This document shows positions 49,715-62,110 of a stretch of 64,000 nucleotides of DNA, one piece after another. Below the pieces are notes generated by a model. That model was given only the letters and a program-made list of their open reading frames with translations, made no database searches and was not told the DNA's origin. Location: assembly GCA_977017645.1 (NCBI GenBank), contig OZ360245.1:5704001-5768000 (forward strand), given 5' to 3'. Source of the DNA: Torpedo marmorata. Its lineage: Eukaryota. How positions within the stretch are numbered: position 1 is the first letter of the stretch; each line of letters opens with the position of its first letter. The translations under genes were made by a program, and so were the position numbers.

Positions 49715-52210
49715 TGGTAATCTCCAACCAGATGGCATCAACATCAATTTCCAGTCATCTCACCCTCCACCCTTGCTTTCTAAATCCAACCCCCATCCAG
49801 CTTTCATCTATCTCTCTGGCCCCATTTCTTCTTCTCCTTTCCTTCTCTTTCCCCTCCCCCACCTCTGCAGCTGCCTGTCTCCCTCACCCTTCCTCCAGCT
49901 CCCCATACCCTTCCCTTCCTTCCTCCTAACAGAGTGCATCTTCCTCAGCCCTCTGCCTCTTCCTCCCATCACCATATAACCATATAACACTTACAGCACA
50001 GAATCAGGCCAGTTCGGCCCTTCTGTCCATGCCGAACACCTTCTCCCACCTAGTCCCACTGATCCACACCCGGCCCATAACCCTCCACACCTCTCTCGTC
50101 CATATACCTATCCAACTTTTCCTTAAACATTAAAATTGAAACTGCATCCACCACTTCAGCCAGAAGCTCGATCCACACTCCCACCACCCTTTGAGTGAAG
50201 AAATTCCCCCTCATGTTTCCTCTAAACTTTTCCCACTTCAATCTCAATCCATGTCCTCTTGTTTGAATCTCCCCCACTCTCAATGGAAAAAGCCTGTCCA
50301 CATTGACTCTATCTGTCTCCTTCATAATTTTAAATACCTCTATCAAATCACCCCTCAATCTTCTACGCTCCAGGGAATAAAGTCCCAGTCTGCTCAACCT
50401 TTCCCTGTAACTCAAACCCAGAAACCCAGGCAACATTCTTGTAAATCTCCTCTGCACTCTCTCTATTCTGTTTATATCCTTCCTATAATTCGGCAACCAA
50501 ATCTGCACACAATATTCCAAATTTGGCCTCACCAATGCCTTCAACATGACATCCCAACTTCTGTATTCAATACTCTGATTTATGAAGGCCAACATACCAA
50601 ATGCCTTCTTCACCCCCCTATCTACGTGTGACTCAACCTTCAGGGAATTATGTACCACAATTCTCAAATCCCTCTGTTCTCCTGCACTCCTCAATTGTCT
50701 TCCATTTAACATGTATGACCTTTGCTGATTAGTCCTACCAAAATGTAGCACCTCACATTTATTAGTATTAAACTCCCATCTGCCATGTTTCCGCCCACTC
50801 TTCTAACTGTCCTATATCCCCCTGCAAGCTTTGATAACCCTCTTCACTGTCCACAGCACCACCAATCTTCGTATCATCTGCATACTTACTAATCCAATTT
50901 ACCACCCTATCAAATGGATCATTAATATATATGACAAACAACAATGGACCCAGTACCGATCCCTGAGGCACTCCACTAGTCACCGGCCTCCAATTTGACA
51001 AACAATTTTCCACCACTACTCTCTGGTATCTCCTATCCAACCATTGTTGAATCCATTTCACTACTTCGACGTTAATACCTAATGCTTGAACCTTCCTAAC
51101 TAGCCTCTTATGCGGAACCTTGTCAAATGCCTTACTAAAGTCCATTTAGATAACATCCACGGCCTTCCCCTCGTCAACCTTCTTAGTAACCTCATCGAAA
51201 AACTCTATAAGATTTGTTAAACATGATCTACCACGTACAAAACCGTGTTGACTACTCCTAATCAAGGCTTGTCTTTCCAAATAACTGTATAACACCATCT
51301 CTAAGAACACCCTCCATTAATTTACCCACCACCGATGTCAGACTCACAGGCCTATAATTTCCAGGTTTATTTTTGAAGCCTTTTTTAAACAGCAGGACAA
51401 CATGAGCTACCCTCCAATCCTCCGGCACCTCCCCCGTGGCCAGTGACATTTTAAATATTTCTGTCAGAGCCCCCACTATTTGTACACTAACCTCCCTCAG
51501 GGTCCTCGGGAATATCTTGTCAGGACCTGGAGATTTATCCACCTTTATTCTATTTAAAATAGCCAATACTACCTCCTCATTAATCTTTATACTATCCATG
51601 ACCTCACTACCAGATTTCCTTACTTCACCTGTCTCAATATTTCTTTCCTTTGTGAATACTGAAGAAGAAAAATCATTTAAAATTTCCCCCATCTCTTCTG
51701 ACTTCTCACATAGCCTACACGTCTGATCCTCAATGGGCCCAATTTTATCCCTCACTATTCTTTTCCTTTTAATGTGCCTGTAGAAACCCTTTGGATTTAT
51801 TTTTACCTTGCCTGCCAAACAGCCTCGTATCTCCTTTAAGCCTTTCTAATTTCTTTCTTAAGATTTTTTTTACACTCTTATATTCCTCAAGGACCTCATC
51901 TATTCCCTGCTGTCTATACCTGTTGTGCACATCCCTCTTCCTCCGAACCAAATTCCCAATATCCTTTGAAAACCACCTTGCTTCTTGCTTTATTCCCATT
52001 CCTCCTCCCACCTGTATTCACCTTTCACCTACCAACCTGTGCTCCTCCTTCTCAACCCCCCTGCCACTCTTATATTTGGGCATGTGCCCATTTCTTCCTG
52101 ATGAAGGGTTTTGGCCTTGACTATCTTTTTCCTTCCATGGATGCTGCCTGTCCTCCAGCATTTTGTGTGTTTCACCTGTTTCCCCCCAGCTGTAGTCTCT
52201 CTTGTTTAAA
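49715..52210 (+). mobile_element. Penelope 3' fragment split by a CR1 insertion (own sequence about 49715-49971 and 51971-52210)
   Basis: GNLQPDGINI remnant and pyrimidine tract; after the CR1, CTGATGAAGGGTTTTGGCC and CCTCCAGCATTTTGTGTGTTT of the terminal repeat. Confidence 0.65.
49972..51970 (-). mobile_element. CR1 LINE family B, 5'-truncated, frameshifted
   Basis: ORF pieces 51258-51818, 50768-51145 and 50050-50751 are nearly identical to the + strand copy. Confidence 0.96.
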
Positions 52211-52482
52211 CTGAGGTTTTTCTGGCTTCTAAGCTGCTTTAAAGGACCCTGAAGCATTATTCAAAGGACTATCTTGGTGTCTTGGGTACCATTTATCAGT
52301 TACTTGTCTGCCACAATAGTGCAGATGTTAATCCTGCCATCTCACAGCTCCAGTGACCTAGGTTCTATGGTGACTCTGATGCTATCTGTGAGGAGTATGC
52401 ATGATGTTCTCTTCGTGACCAAATAGGTTTCCCCTAGGTGCTCCGGTTTCCTCCCACATTTCAAAGACATGCTTGTTGATAA

Positions 52483-52755
52483 TGGCGGCACGGTTGGCGT
52501 AGCGGTTAGCGCAACTCTGTTACAGCGGCAGCGATCGGGACCGGGGTTCGAATCCCACGCTGTCTGTAAGAAATTTGTACTGTACGTTCTCCCTGTGTTT
52601 GCGTGGGTTTCCTCTGGGTGCTCTGGTTTCCTCCCACCGTTCAAAAATGTACCGGGGGTTGTAGGTCAATTGGGTGTAATTGGGCGGCTCAGGCTCGTCG
52701 ACCGAAAGGGGCTGTTACCATGCTGTATGACTAAATTAAAAAAAATTTTAAATTA
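52483..52755 (+). mobile_element. HE1-type tRNA SINE nested in an older V-SINE (about 52310-52830)
   Basis: A/B boxes and V-domain; a degenerate V-domain lies upstream and a degenerate GGGCTAAATGGCCT tail downstream. Confidence 0.85.
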
Positions 52756-53125
52756 AAATAGTGGTAAATTGATGAGATTGCCTTGAAAGACAGCACTGAC
52801 TTGATGGGCTAAATGGCCTCCTTCTATAGCATGAGAAAAGTTGAGAAATATGAGGAAACATTTTTCCACAGCAGTGGATAATGCTTCTTTGATTCCAAAG
52901 GTGTGTCCTGATGTCCTGAACATACAAAAGAGCCATTTTAATGTCATTTCTTTTGTACTATGTCTCAGAAGGCTCACACAGTCAGGATTTTTTTTTCCCC
53001 TGATTGGTGACAATTTATCCAATCTCATCTGGGGATTCAGAAAGGACACTATAATCAGCTTCAGTGTATGTCAGCTAACAAAGTAAAAGAAAAGAGCCAG
53101 CGTTTCCATTCTTGATCGGCAGATC

Positions 53126-53258
53126 NNNNNNNNNNNNNNNNNNNNNNNNNNNNNNNNNNNNNNNNNNNNNNNNNNNNNNNNNNNNNNNNNNNNNNNNNNN
53201 NNNNNNNNNNNNNNNNNNNNNNNNNNNNNNNNNNNNNNNNNNNNNNNNNNNNNNNNNN
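53126..53258. other. Assembly gap
   Basis: Run of N. Confidence 1.
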
Positions 53259-53924
53259 ATCTAGCATCCAGATTCAAATGTGAAGGGCAGCCACTTACTT
53301 AAAGTACTAAAGAGGATTTCTCCCAATTCACACAAACTCCAACATAAATCAAAGCCTAAAAAATGGACAGAATATCTGATGAGAGAAAAAGTAATATTCT
53401 GATGTAACAAAGAACATGGAATAATAATGCAATTAATGAATAAATGGGATTGAGTGAAAGACAGGAAGCTAATGGAGAAGCTTAGATGAGATCATCATGG
53501 CTGAATTAGTGAATTATATATATTCGATCAATGAATTTTGAGATTACTATAAAGCCTTACATTCACTTTAATAACATTTGTATTTATATGGGGACTTTAA
53601 TATAATGAAATGTTCCAAGGAGAGAGCAAATGGCATGTGGTACGACCCAGAGTTGGGAGAGGTACCGGTAAATACACATTTACAAGCGGAGATGTTTATG
53701 AACAAGTGCGTTCAGTCACTGATGGATGTACGGAGAGAAGGGAACAAAAACTGGTCAGCAAAACTCCTTTATTAAAAGTGATGTCGATAGTGAATGCAAT
53801 GGAGTAGTTTAAGTTAGAATTGGACTTTCTGCTAAGAGATACTGCAATATTATGGGCACTGCCCATCTAAACATATCAAGCTGTGGATGCACTCTTCTCA
53901 AGTTTATAGCTCCAGAAATTTCAC

Positions 53925-54585
53925 AGCTTTAAACAACTATCCAGGTGTATCCAAATCAGAAACCCTGGATGAGCTGAGATGCACAAACTGTTGAAGACCA
54001 GACCAGATCTGTAGCATTTAGGTCCAGAGATTCAGAAGCATACAAAAAGTCCAGGTACAACCTCCAAAAGGCCGTCACTAACGTGAAGAGACAATTCCAG
54101 ACCAAGCTGGAGTCTCAGACAGACGCCAGACAGCTGTGGGAAGGTTTGCATGCCATCACATCCTATCAGGTGAAGCAAGGTAGTATCTTTAACTGTGATA
54201 CATCTCTTCCAGATGAGCTCAATGCATTCTATGGTCGCTTCAAAAGAGAAACAATCAAGAACCCTCACAAGCACCTACAGACCCCAGTGACACTATGCTC
54301 CCTGTCTCTGAGGCTGAGATGAACAGAACCTTCAGCAGGGTGAATCCTCGAAAAGCGTCTGGCCAAGATGGTGTACCTGGCCGTGACCTTGAAACCTATG
54401 TGAACCAATTGGCTGGAGTTGTTGTGGAAATGTTCTATCTCTCGCTACAGCGGTCAGAGGTCCCCACCTTCTTCAAAGGGGCATCCATCATTCCGGTGCC
54501 CTAGAAGAGCAAGGTGACGTGCCTCAATGACTATCGGCAGGTAGCACTAGCATCTACCATGACTACCTTTGAGAAGTTGGTTAAT
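53925..54585 (+). mobile_element. Rex1/Babar-like LINE ORF fragment
   Basis: PNQKPWM, RQLWEGL, DELNAFYGRF, RKASGQDGVPG, IIPVP, CLNDYRQVAL. Confidence 0.8.
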
Positions 54586-54589
54586 GTCT

Positions 54590-54900
54590 TCATCTCTGAG
54601 TGAAGACATTTTTGTGCATCCTCTTCCTGAATTGCTGAGACCACACCCTTAGTTCTGGATACCCATCCAGGAGAAACATCAACTCTATATCTACTGTCAA
54701 GCCCCTGAAGAATTTTGTATGTTCCAATTAGATCACATTTCCTTCTTCCAAACTCTTGACAGTTTGGGATCAGTCTGCTTAAGCTCTCCTCACACAACAA
54801 AGCTGCATCCTGATGTCAATCTGATGAAGCATCATTGCATTCCCTCTGTGAGAAGTATATTCTCCTTAGATTAGCAAACCAAGCCTTTGCAAAATATTCC
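54590..54900 (-). mobile_element. Old CR1 fragment
   Basis: RLIP...RRKCDLIGTYKILQGLD remnant. Confidence 0.65.
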
Positions 54901-55094
54901 ATCAGTTATCTAAGAATAGATAGAATATTCTTTCCTTGAGTGAGCTAATGGGGCAGATGGGACGGCATAAATAGGAACATGTAGTGCCAGTGAAAACCTA
55001 TTTTATATTCTATCAGGCCTAACCCAATGTACTTACTTCATTTCCAAGCTAGAAGTTGATGGTTTCACGTTACACTGCAAACTTGAGCTCAAGG

Positions 55095-55347
55095 TGGGCG
55101 TCACGGTTAGCATAGCGGTTAGTGCGATGCTATTACAGCGCCGGTGACCCGGGTTCGAATCTGGTGCTGTCTTTAAGGAGTTTGTACATTCTCCCCTGTG
55201 TCTGCATCGGTTTTCCCCGGGTGCTCTGGTTTCCTCCCACCCTCCAAAACGTACGGGGTTGTAGGTCAATTTGGGTGTAATTGGGCGGCATGGGTTTAAA
55301 TAGCCAGAATCGGTTTCTACCGTGTTGTAAATAAAATAAAAAATTAA
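55095..55347 (+). mobile_element. HE1-type tRNA SINE
   Basis: TAGCGGTTAG, GGTTCGAATC, V-domain and AT-rich tail. Confidence 0.85.
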
Positions 55348-57599
55348 AGATCCCTGATAGTACGAAGAAAAATATTGTATTGTTAGAGGAACCACTTTTT
55401 AAGCAATACATTGATATTTCACCTTATCCACCTGCTCTGGTGATATAAGTCGTGGCAATACCAGAAACTAAATCTAGTAAAAGAGATTGTCTACCATTTA
55501 TCCTATTCTCTTTGTGTGACCCTTCCTGTGCATAAACTAACTGGACCTCTTTGCTCCTTTTTTTTTTTACAATAGCAACTATATTTAAAGATATGAATTG
55601 ACTAAAATGTTACAGAATATTTTCAGAATGCCATAGCTGAATGTAATACATATTCAAGTGTAAATAGCTCTGTGTGCATTCTTAAATGTGGTGCACAGCT
55701 GAGGTTTAATATCATCTGTTTAGATGCAAACAGAAATTCAAGCCTCAAATGAACTCATCCATGTGGTGAAGTGTTAAAAGTTCCAGAATATATGCACTTG
55801 ATATTACGATAAGCAAATTCCGGAAAGTCTTTCAGTGCAGCAGTTCACTAAGAATTCCTGGATTTTGCTGAAGAGGTGAACTCTATAATGTGAACCTAGC
55901 ATTATGTACATCTCGATTCCGATTCAGTCACTGGAAGGAGTGTAAGGGAATAAATGGTAGTTATAATTTGCTCTGCTATAATCCAAAAGATAATTGGTCC
56001 ATTTTCTGTTCATTTTTAATATTTAAATTAGATGCATTTCACAGAGCCTCACAACCATTAAATAGGAAATACCTCAAGGAGTGTGACTAGTATTTCACTA
56101 TTTTTGAAAAAAAACATCCAATGAGGTGCAAAACCATGTAATTCAGCAAGCGTATCAGTGTATGTAAATGTTAATCTTCAGTGCCCCCCAACACACATTG
56201 ATTTTCATGCTATGTATCCAAAATAGCCCAATGATATTTCTCCAGGTATGTGATAAGAAATTCATTATTCTAAATATAATGCCTCTCTTCAATGGGTATG
56301 AGAAATATATTGCACAGATAAGCTTACAACACTAAACTAGTGAAATTTACCAAGGTTATATTACAGGACAGAAGACGTAATGATTGCATTACAATTTTAA
56401 ACGCACCTGCTATGAATTTTGCTGAATTGCTCTCTAATGGTTAAATCTAGTTGCTGATAAGAACACAAAACAGGTAAACTCGGAAATGAAAACTGGATGA
56501 TCAAAGCAGATTCACCAGCAATTATCAAAGAATAATTGGATATATTCTTAATAAAGAAAACTTGTAGGAATGCAGTGAAGGTTAAGGAAGTTGGCAAGAA
56601 GTCGTGAGCTCTTTCAAAGAAGCAGCTGAGGCCGGTGGGCTGAACCTTCTGTTTCTGATTCTATTCTTTTGAGGAAGATATCAAACTGGCTCCAGAGTTA
56701 ACCAGACAATTGATCAAAGTGGCATTAAATGCCGGCTGAAAGTGTTCCTTGTAGAGCATTGGGTTTGTCAGTCTGTGCTTTAACTACTTTGGAAAGTGGG
56801 TATAGAAAATGCTAAACAAGCAATCCTGATCTGTTACATCTGAACAGATTGTGCTGAATATGAATGCAAAATGAATCGCAGAAAATAGAAAAGACTGCCA
56901 TTTAGCGTCTGGTGACTAATCAGATTTTATCCTTATTGCAAATTATCCTCGTCGCCGTGACATTGGGCCATGTTCCCAGACGTGTGTCTCAAGTGGGGAC
57001 AAATGACTGAAGGTTTATAGCCACAGTGACGCCATGTCACCAAGGATTAGTGCTGGTGTATGACATTTTCCCTCGTATAGAATAAATAACAATAAGTACT
57101 GAACTCTCAGGCTCCGAGCAGCAGCAGTATATTAACAATCACTGGCATGAAATCAATAACAGAAGTTAAGTATTTGCACACTTAGACTAATGGTGTTAAT
57201 ATTAACATATAGCCTCCTCCTCACTAAAGGAATGTTTTCCTTCTCCGAAATCTGCAGGAGACTCGACCTTCTCTTGCTACAAATTGCTACAAAATTAAAG
57301 GAGTCATTTACTATGATATGGAAAGAACGAAAAGCTTGATTTTTACTAAATCAGACGATCCTCTGGGAAAACTCTTCCCTGATTTGCGAGGGCAGATGTG
57401 AACAGGGCAGTGTTCCCTGAAAATGGAAAATTCAATGTTCCTGCCATTGGGTTGCAGGCTATGCAGGCGCTTCTTCAGTTTATGTTTGGCCTCACCCTGC
57501 CAATGGATGAGGCTGAGGTCAAACAGGTCTGTGTGGGAATGGGATTAAAATGGTTGTCAAACCATATGTCTTTCACCCGCTGTCATTTTTATCACCCAT

Positions 57600-58250
57600 T
57601 TCAGAACTCATTTCAGAAGAAACAGAATTTATTGTCATGAACATGTCACGAAATTTGTTGATTTGCGGCAGCATTACAGGTGCAAATGTTGCTAAAAATC
57701 ACATTTATAATAAATAAATAAATAAATTGGTGCGAAAAAAGAGAAAATCGAGGTCGTGTCTGTGGTTCATTGTCCGTTCAGAAATTTGATGGCGGAGGGG
57801 AAGAAGCTGTTTTTGTACCATTGGGTCTTCAGGCTCCTGTACCTCCTTCCTGATGGTAGCAGTGAGAAGAGGGCATGGCCTGGGTGGTGAGGGTCCTTGA
57901 GGATAGAGGCTGCTTTCTTGAGACACCACCTCTTGTAGAAGTCCTTGATGGAGTGAAGGCTGGTGCCCATATGGCGCTGGCTGAGTTCACAATTTTCTAT
58001 AGTCTTTTCCTGTCCTGTGCATTGGCACCTCCGTCCCAGACAGTGATGCAACCAGTCAGAATCCTCTCCACAGAAATTTGCAAGAGTCTTTGATGACATA
58101 CCGAATCTCCTCACACTCCTCATGAAGTATAGTCACTGGTGAGCCTTCATGATTGCATTGACATGAAGGCCCCAGGATACGTCTTCAGAGATGTTGACAC
58201 CCAGGAATTTGAAGTTCTTAACCCTTTCCACTGCTGACTCCTTGATGAGG
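57600..58250 (-). mobile_element. Rex1/Babar-like LINE 3' portion, flanked by Penelope remnants (about 57390-57560 and 58260-58490)
   Basis: LRRFGMS-like, KKAASILKDPHHPGHALFSLLPSGRRYRSLK, NSFFPSAI; tail TGACAATAAATTCTG. Confidence 0.88.
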
Positions 58251-58759
58251 TTTTCACTCAATCACCCACTCCCAGTGGCCTCCTCACCTCCCTGTCTCAT
58301 CACTCCACCTCTCCCACGTTCCTTTATCCAGTATCCTCTTGCCTCTGCCCCCTAATCCTTCCCACTCCTCCTTTTTATGCCCCTTCCCACAGTCTCGAGA
58401 AAGGGTCCCGATCCAAAACATTGACTGTCCATTTCTCTCCATGGATGCCACCTGGCCTGCCAAGTCCCTCCAGCTTCTCACTGTGTGCCAAAAAGAAAAT
58501 CCGCTTCCTTTCAGTATAGCTGCGTGTCATGCACATAAATTGGATGGCCTCAGCTAGAGTACAGTAATTCTGCTGGTGACTGGGGAGCATTATGAGCCAC
58601 TCCTCTTTCTGCACAGGATGCAGAAAACATGGGCCATTAATCATGGTAGAAAGATCGGGAGTCAGTGTCTGACAAGGATAGGCACTACTGCAGAATTCCA
58701 GATTTCCTGGATCCCTGATACCTAAGCCTCTGAGTGGGAATGATACAATCCAGCTATAT

Positions 58760-61700
58760 ATCTAGAATATAAAGAGTTAGGTAGGGAGTTGAGAAGCAGG
58801 ACCTCAAAAGTAGTAATCTCTGGATTACTACCTGTGCCAAGAGACAGTGAGTACAGGAATAGATTGAGGTGGAAGTTAAATGCGTGGCTGAGAGATTGGA
58901 GCAGGGGCCAGGGGTTCAGATTTCTGGACCATTGGGACATCTTTTGGGGCAGGTGGGACCTGTACAAAAAGGACAGGTTGCACTTGAATCCCAGGGGGAC
59001 CAATATCCTGGCGGGGAGGTTTGCTAAGACTACTGGGGAGAGTTTAAACTAGAAAGGTTGGGGGTGGGAACCAGATTATTGAGGAAGAGAGTGGACCTCA
59101 AATAGTGGAAGATGGGGGATGATGTGTGAGGAAGGATAGGCAGGTGATAGAGAAAGGACGTGCTCAGACGGGTGGTTTGAGATGTGTCTATTTTAATGCC
59201 AGGAGCATTGTGAACAAAGCGGATGAGCTTAGATTGTGAATTAATACTTGGGACTATGATGTGGTGGCCATTACAGAGACTTGGATGGTTCAAGGACAGG
59301 ATTGGGTGCTTCAAGTGCCGGGTTTTAGATGTTTCAGAAAGGACAGGAAGGGAGGTAAAAGAGGAGGGGGCGTGGCTTTGTTGATCAGGGATAATTTCAC
59401 GGCTGCAGAAAAGGTGGACGGCATAGAGGGTTTGACTACAGAACATATATGGGTGGAGCTTATGAATAGGAAGGGGTCAAAAACTTTATTAGGTGTTTTT
59501 TATCGGCCACCCAATGCAGAAAGGGAAATTGAGGAGCACATAGGGAAACAGATTTTGGAAATGTCAAATAACAACAGAGTTGTAGTGATGGGGGATTTTA
59601 ATTTCCCTAATATTGATTGGATTATCCCTAGAGTAAGGGGTTTAGATGGGGTGGAGTTTGTTAGATGTGTTCAGGAAAGTTTCTTGACACAATATGTGGA
59701 TATGCCTACAAGAGGAGAGTCTGTACTTGATTTGGTATTGGGAAATGCACCTGGTCAGGTGTCAGATCTCTCAGTGGGAGAGCATTTTGGAGATAGTGAT
59801 CATAATTCTATCTCCTTTACAATAGCTTTGGAGAGTGATAAGAATAGACAAGTTAGAAAAACATTTAATTGGAGTAAAGGGAATTATGAGGCTATCAGGC
59901 AAGAAATTGGAAGATTAAATTGGGAACGGATGTTCTCGGGGAAAAGTACAGAGGAAATGTGGAAAACGTTCAGGGGATATTTATGTGAAGTTATGAATAG
60001 ATATGTTCCAATGAGAAAGGGAAGTTATGGTAGGGTACACGAACCATGGTATACAAAGGCTGTGAAAAGGCTAGTGAAGAAGAAAAGAAAGGCTTACAAA
60101 AGGTTAAGAGGGATAGGTAGTGTTAGAGAACGAGAAGAGTATAAGACTAGCAGGAGAGAGCTTAAAAAGGAAATTAGGAGAGCAAGAAGGGGTCATGAGA
60201 AGGCCTTGGCAGGCAGAATTAAGGAAAACCCAAAGGCATTCTACAAGTATGTGAAGAGTAAGAGGATTAGACGTGAGAAGATAGGACCTATTAAGTGGGA
60301 CAGTGGGAAGGTGTGTATGGAACCGGAGGAAATAGCGGAGGTACTTAATAAATACTTTGCTTCAGTATTCACTATTGAAAAGGATCTAGGGGATTGTAGT
60401 ATTTAAAAGTAAACACGAAAATCTGTAGACACCGTGGTTAGAGTAAAAAACACAAAAGCTGGAGAACTCAGCAGGTCAAACAGTGTCTTTTATGTAGCAA
60501 AGGTAGATTGTAGTGATGACTTACAGCAGACTGAAAAGATTGAGAATGTAGATATTAAGAGAAAGGATGTGTTGGAGCTTTTGGAAAGCATCAAGTTGGA
60601 TAAGTCACCGGGACAGGATAAGATGTACCCTCGGCTGCTGTGGGAGGCAAGGGAAGAAATTGCTGAACATCTGGTGCTGATATTTGAATCATCATTGGGG
60701 AAGGGAGAGGTGCCGGAGGACTGGAAAGTTGCAAATGTTGTTCCTTTGTTTAAGAAGGGGAGTAGAGATAGCCCAGAAAATTATCGACTGGTAAGTCTTA
60801 CTTCGGTGGTTGGAAAATTGATGGAGAGGATCTTGAGAGACAGGATTTATGAGCATTTGGAGATTTATAATAGGATTAGGAATAGTCAACATGGCTTTGT
60901 TAAGGGCAGGTCGTGCCTTACGAACCTGATTGAATTTTTTGAAGATGTGACTAAACACATTGACGAAGGAGAAGCAGTAGATGTAGTGTATATGGATTTC
61001 AGCATAAAGCATTTGATAAGGTACCACATGCAAGGCTAATTGAGAATGTAAGGAGGCATGGGATCCATGGGGATGTTGCTTTGTGGATCCAGAACTGGCT
61101 TGACAACAGAAGGCAAAGAGTGGTAGTGGATGGGTCATATTCTTCATGGAGGTCGGTGACCAGTGGTGTTCCTCAGGGATCTATCCTGGGACCTCTACTA
61201 TTCGTGATTTTTATAGATGACTTGGATGAGGAAGTGGAGGGATGGGTTAGTAAATTTGCTGATGACACTAAAGTTGGGGGTGTTGTTGATAATGTGGAGG
61301 GCTGTCAGAAGGTACAGAGGGATATTGATAGAATGCAAAACTGGGCTGAGAAGTGGCAGATGGAGTTTAACCCAAACAAGTGTGAAGTGATTCATTTTGG
61401 TAGGTCAAATAAGATGGCAGAATATAGTATTAATGATAAGACTATTGGCAGCGTGGAAGTTCAAAGGGATCTTGGGGTTCAAGTACATAGAACACTCAAG
61501 CCAACTGCACAGGTTGAGTCAGTGGTTAAGAAGGCATACGGTGTATTGGCCTTTATAAATCGAGGAATTGAATTTAGGAGTCGAGAGGTAATGTTGCAAC
61601 TGTATAGGACATTGGTCAGACCTATATTGGAGTATTGTGCGCAATTCTGGTCGCCTCACTACAGGAAGGATGTGGAGGCATTGGAAAGGGTGCAGAGGAG

Positions 61701-62110
61701 ATTTACTAGGATGTTGCCTGGTTTAGGGAGCATGCCCTATGAATACAGGTTGAGGGAACTAGGCCTTTTCTCCTTGGAACGAAGGAGGATGAGAGGGGAC
61801 ATGATTGAGGTGTTTAAGATGATAAGGGGCTTTGATCGTGTAGACAGTCAGAGGCTTTTTCCAAGGGCCGAAATGGTTGCTACAAGGGGACACAGGTTTA
61901 AGGTGTTGGGAAGAAGGTATAGAGGAAATGTCAGAGGTACGTTTTTTACACAAAGAGTGGTGGGTGCGTGGAATGAGTTGCCGGCAACAGTGGTGGAGGC
62001 GGATTCTATAGGGACTTTTAAGAGACTTTTGGATAGGTACATGGAGCTCAGAAATATAGAGGGATATAAGTAAGTCTATCAATTCCTAGAGTAGTGACAT
62101 GTTCGGCACA
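58760..62110 (+). mobile_element. CR1 LINE family C: ORF1 C-terminus (SGNH esterase-like) plus near-complete but disabled ORF2
   Basis: ORF1 VVISGLLPVP...LNAWL...DRLHLNPRGT; ORF2 YFNARSI, AITETW, YRPP, GDFN, SDH, FADD; stop near 59237, insertion 60401-60505, frameshift near 61005. Confidence 0.96.
60401..60505. mobile_element. Penelope terminal-repeat fragment inserted in CR1 ORF2 with 9-bp TSD
   Basis: GATTGTAGT at 60392-60400 and 60506-60514; insert matches the repeat at 19580 and 63395. Confidence 0.88.

Noticed and set aside
32555-62073. Host genes or active LINEs among the long RT/endonuclease ORFs
   Set aside because: All are CR1 ORF2 pieces with frameshifts, stops, insertions or 5' truncation; none is intact or shows signs of domestication.
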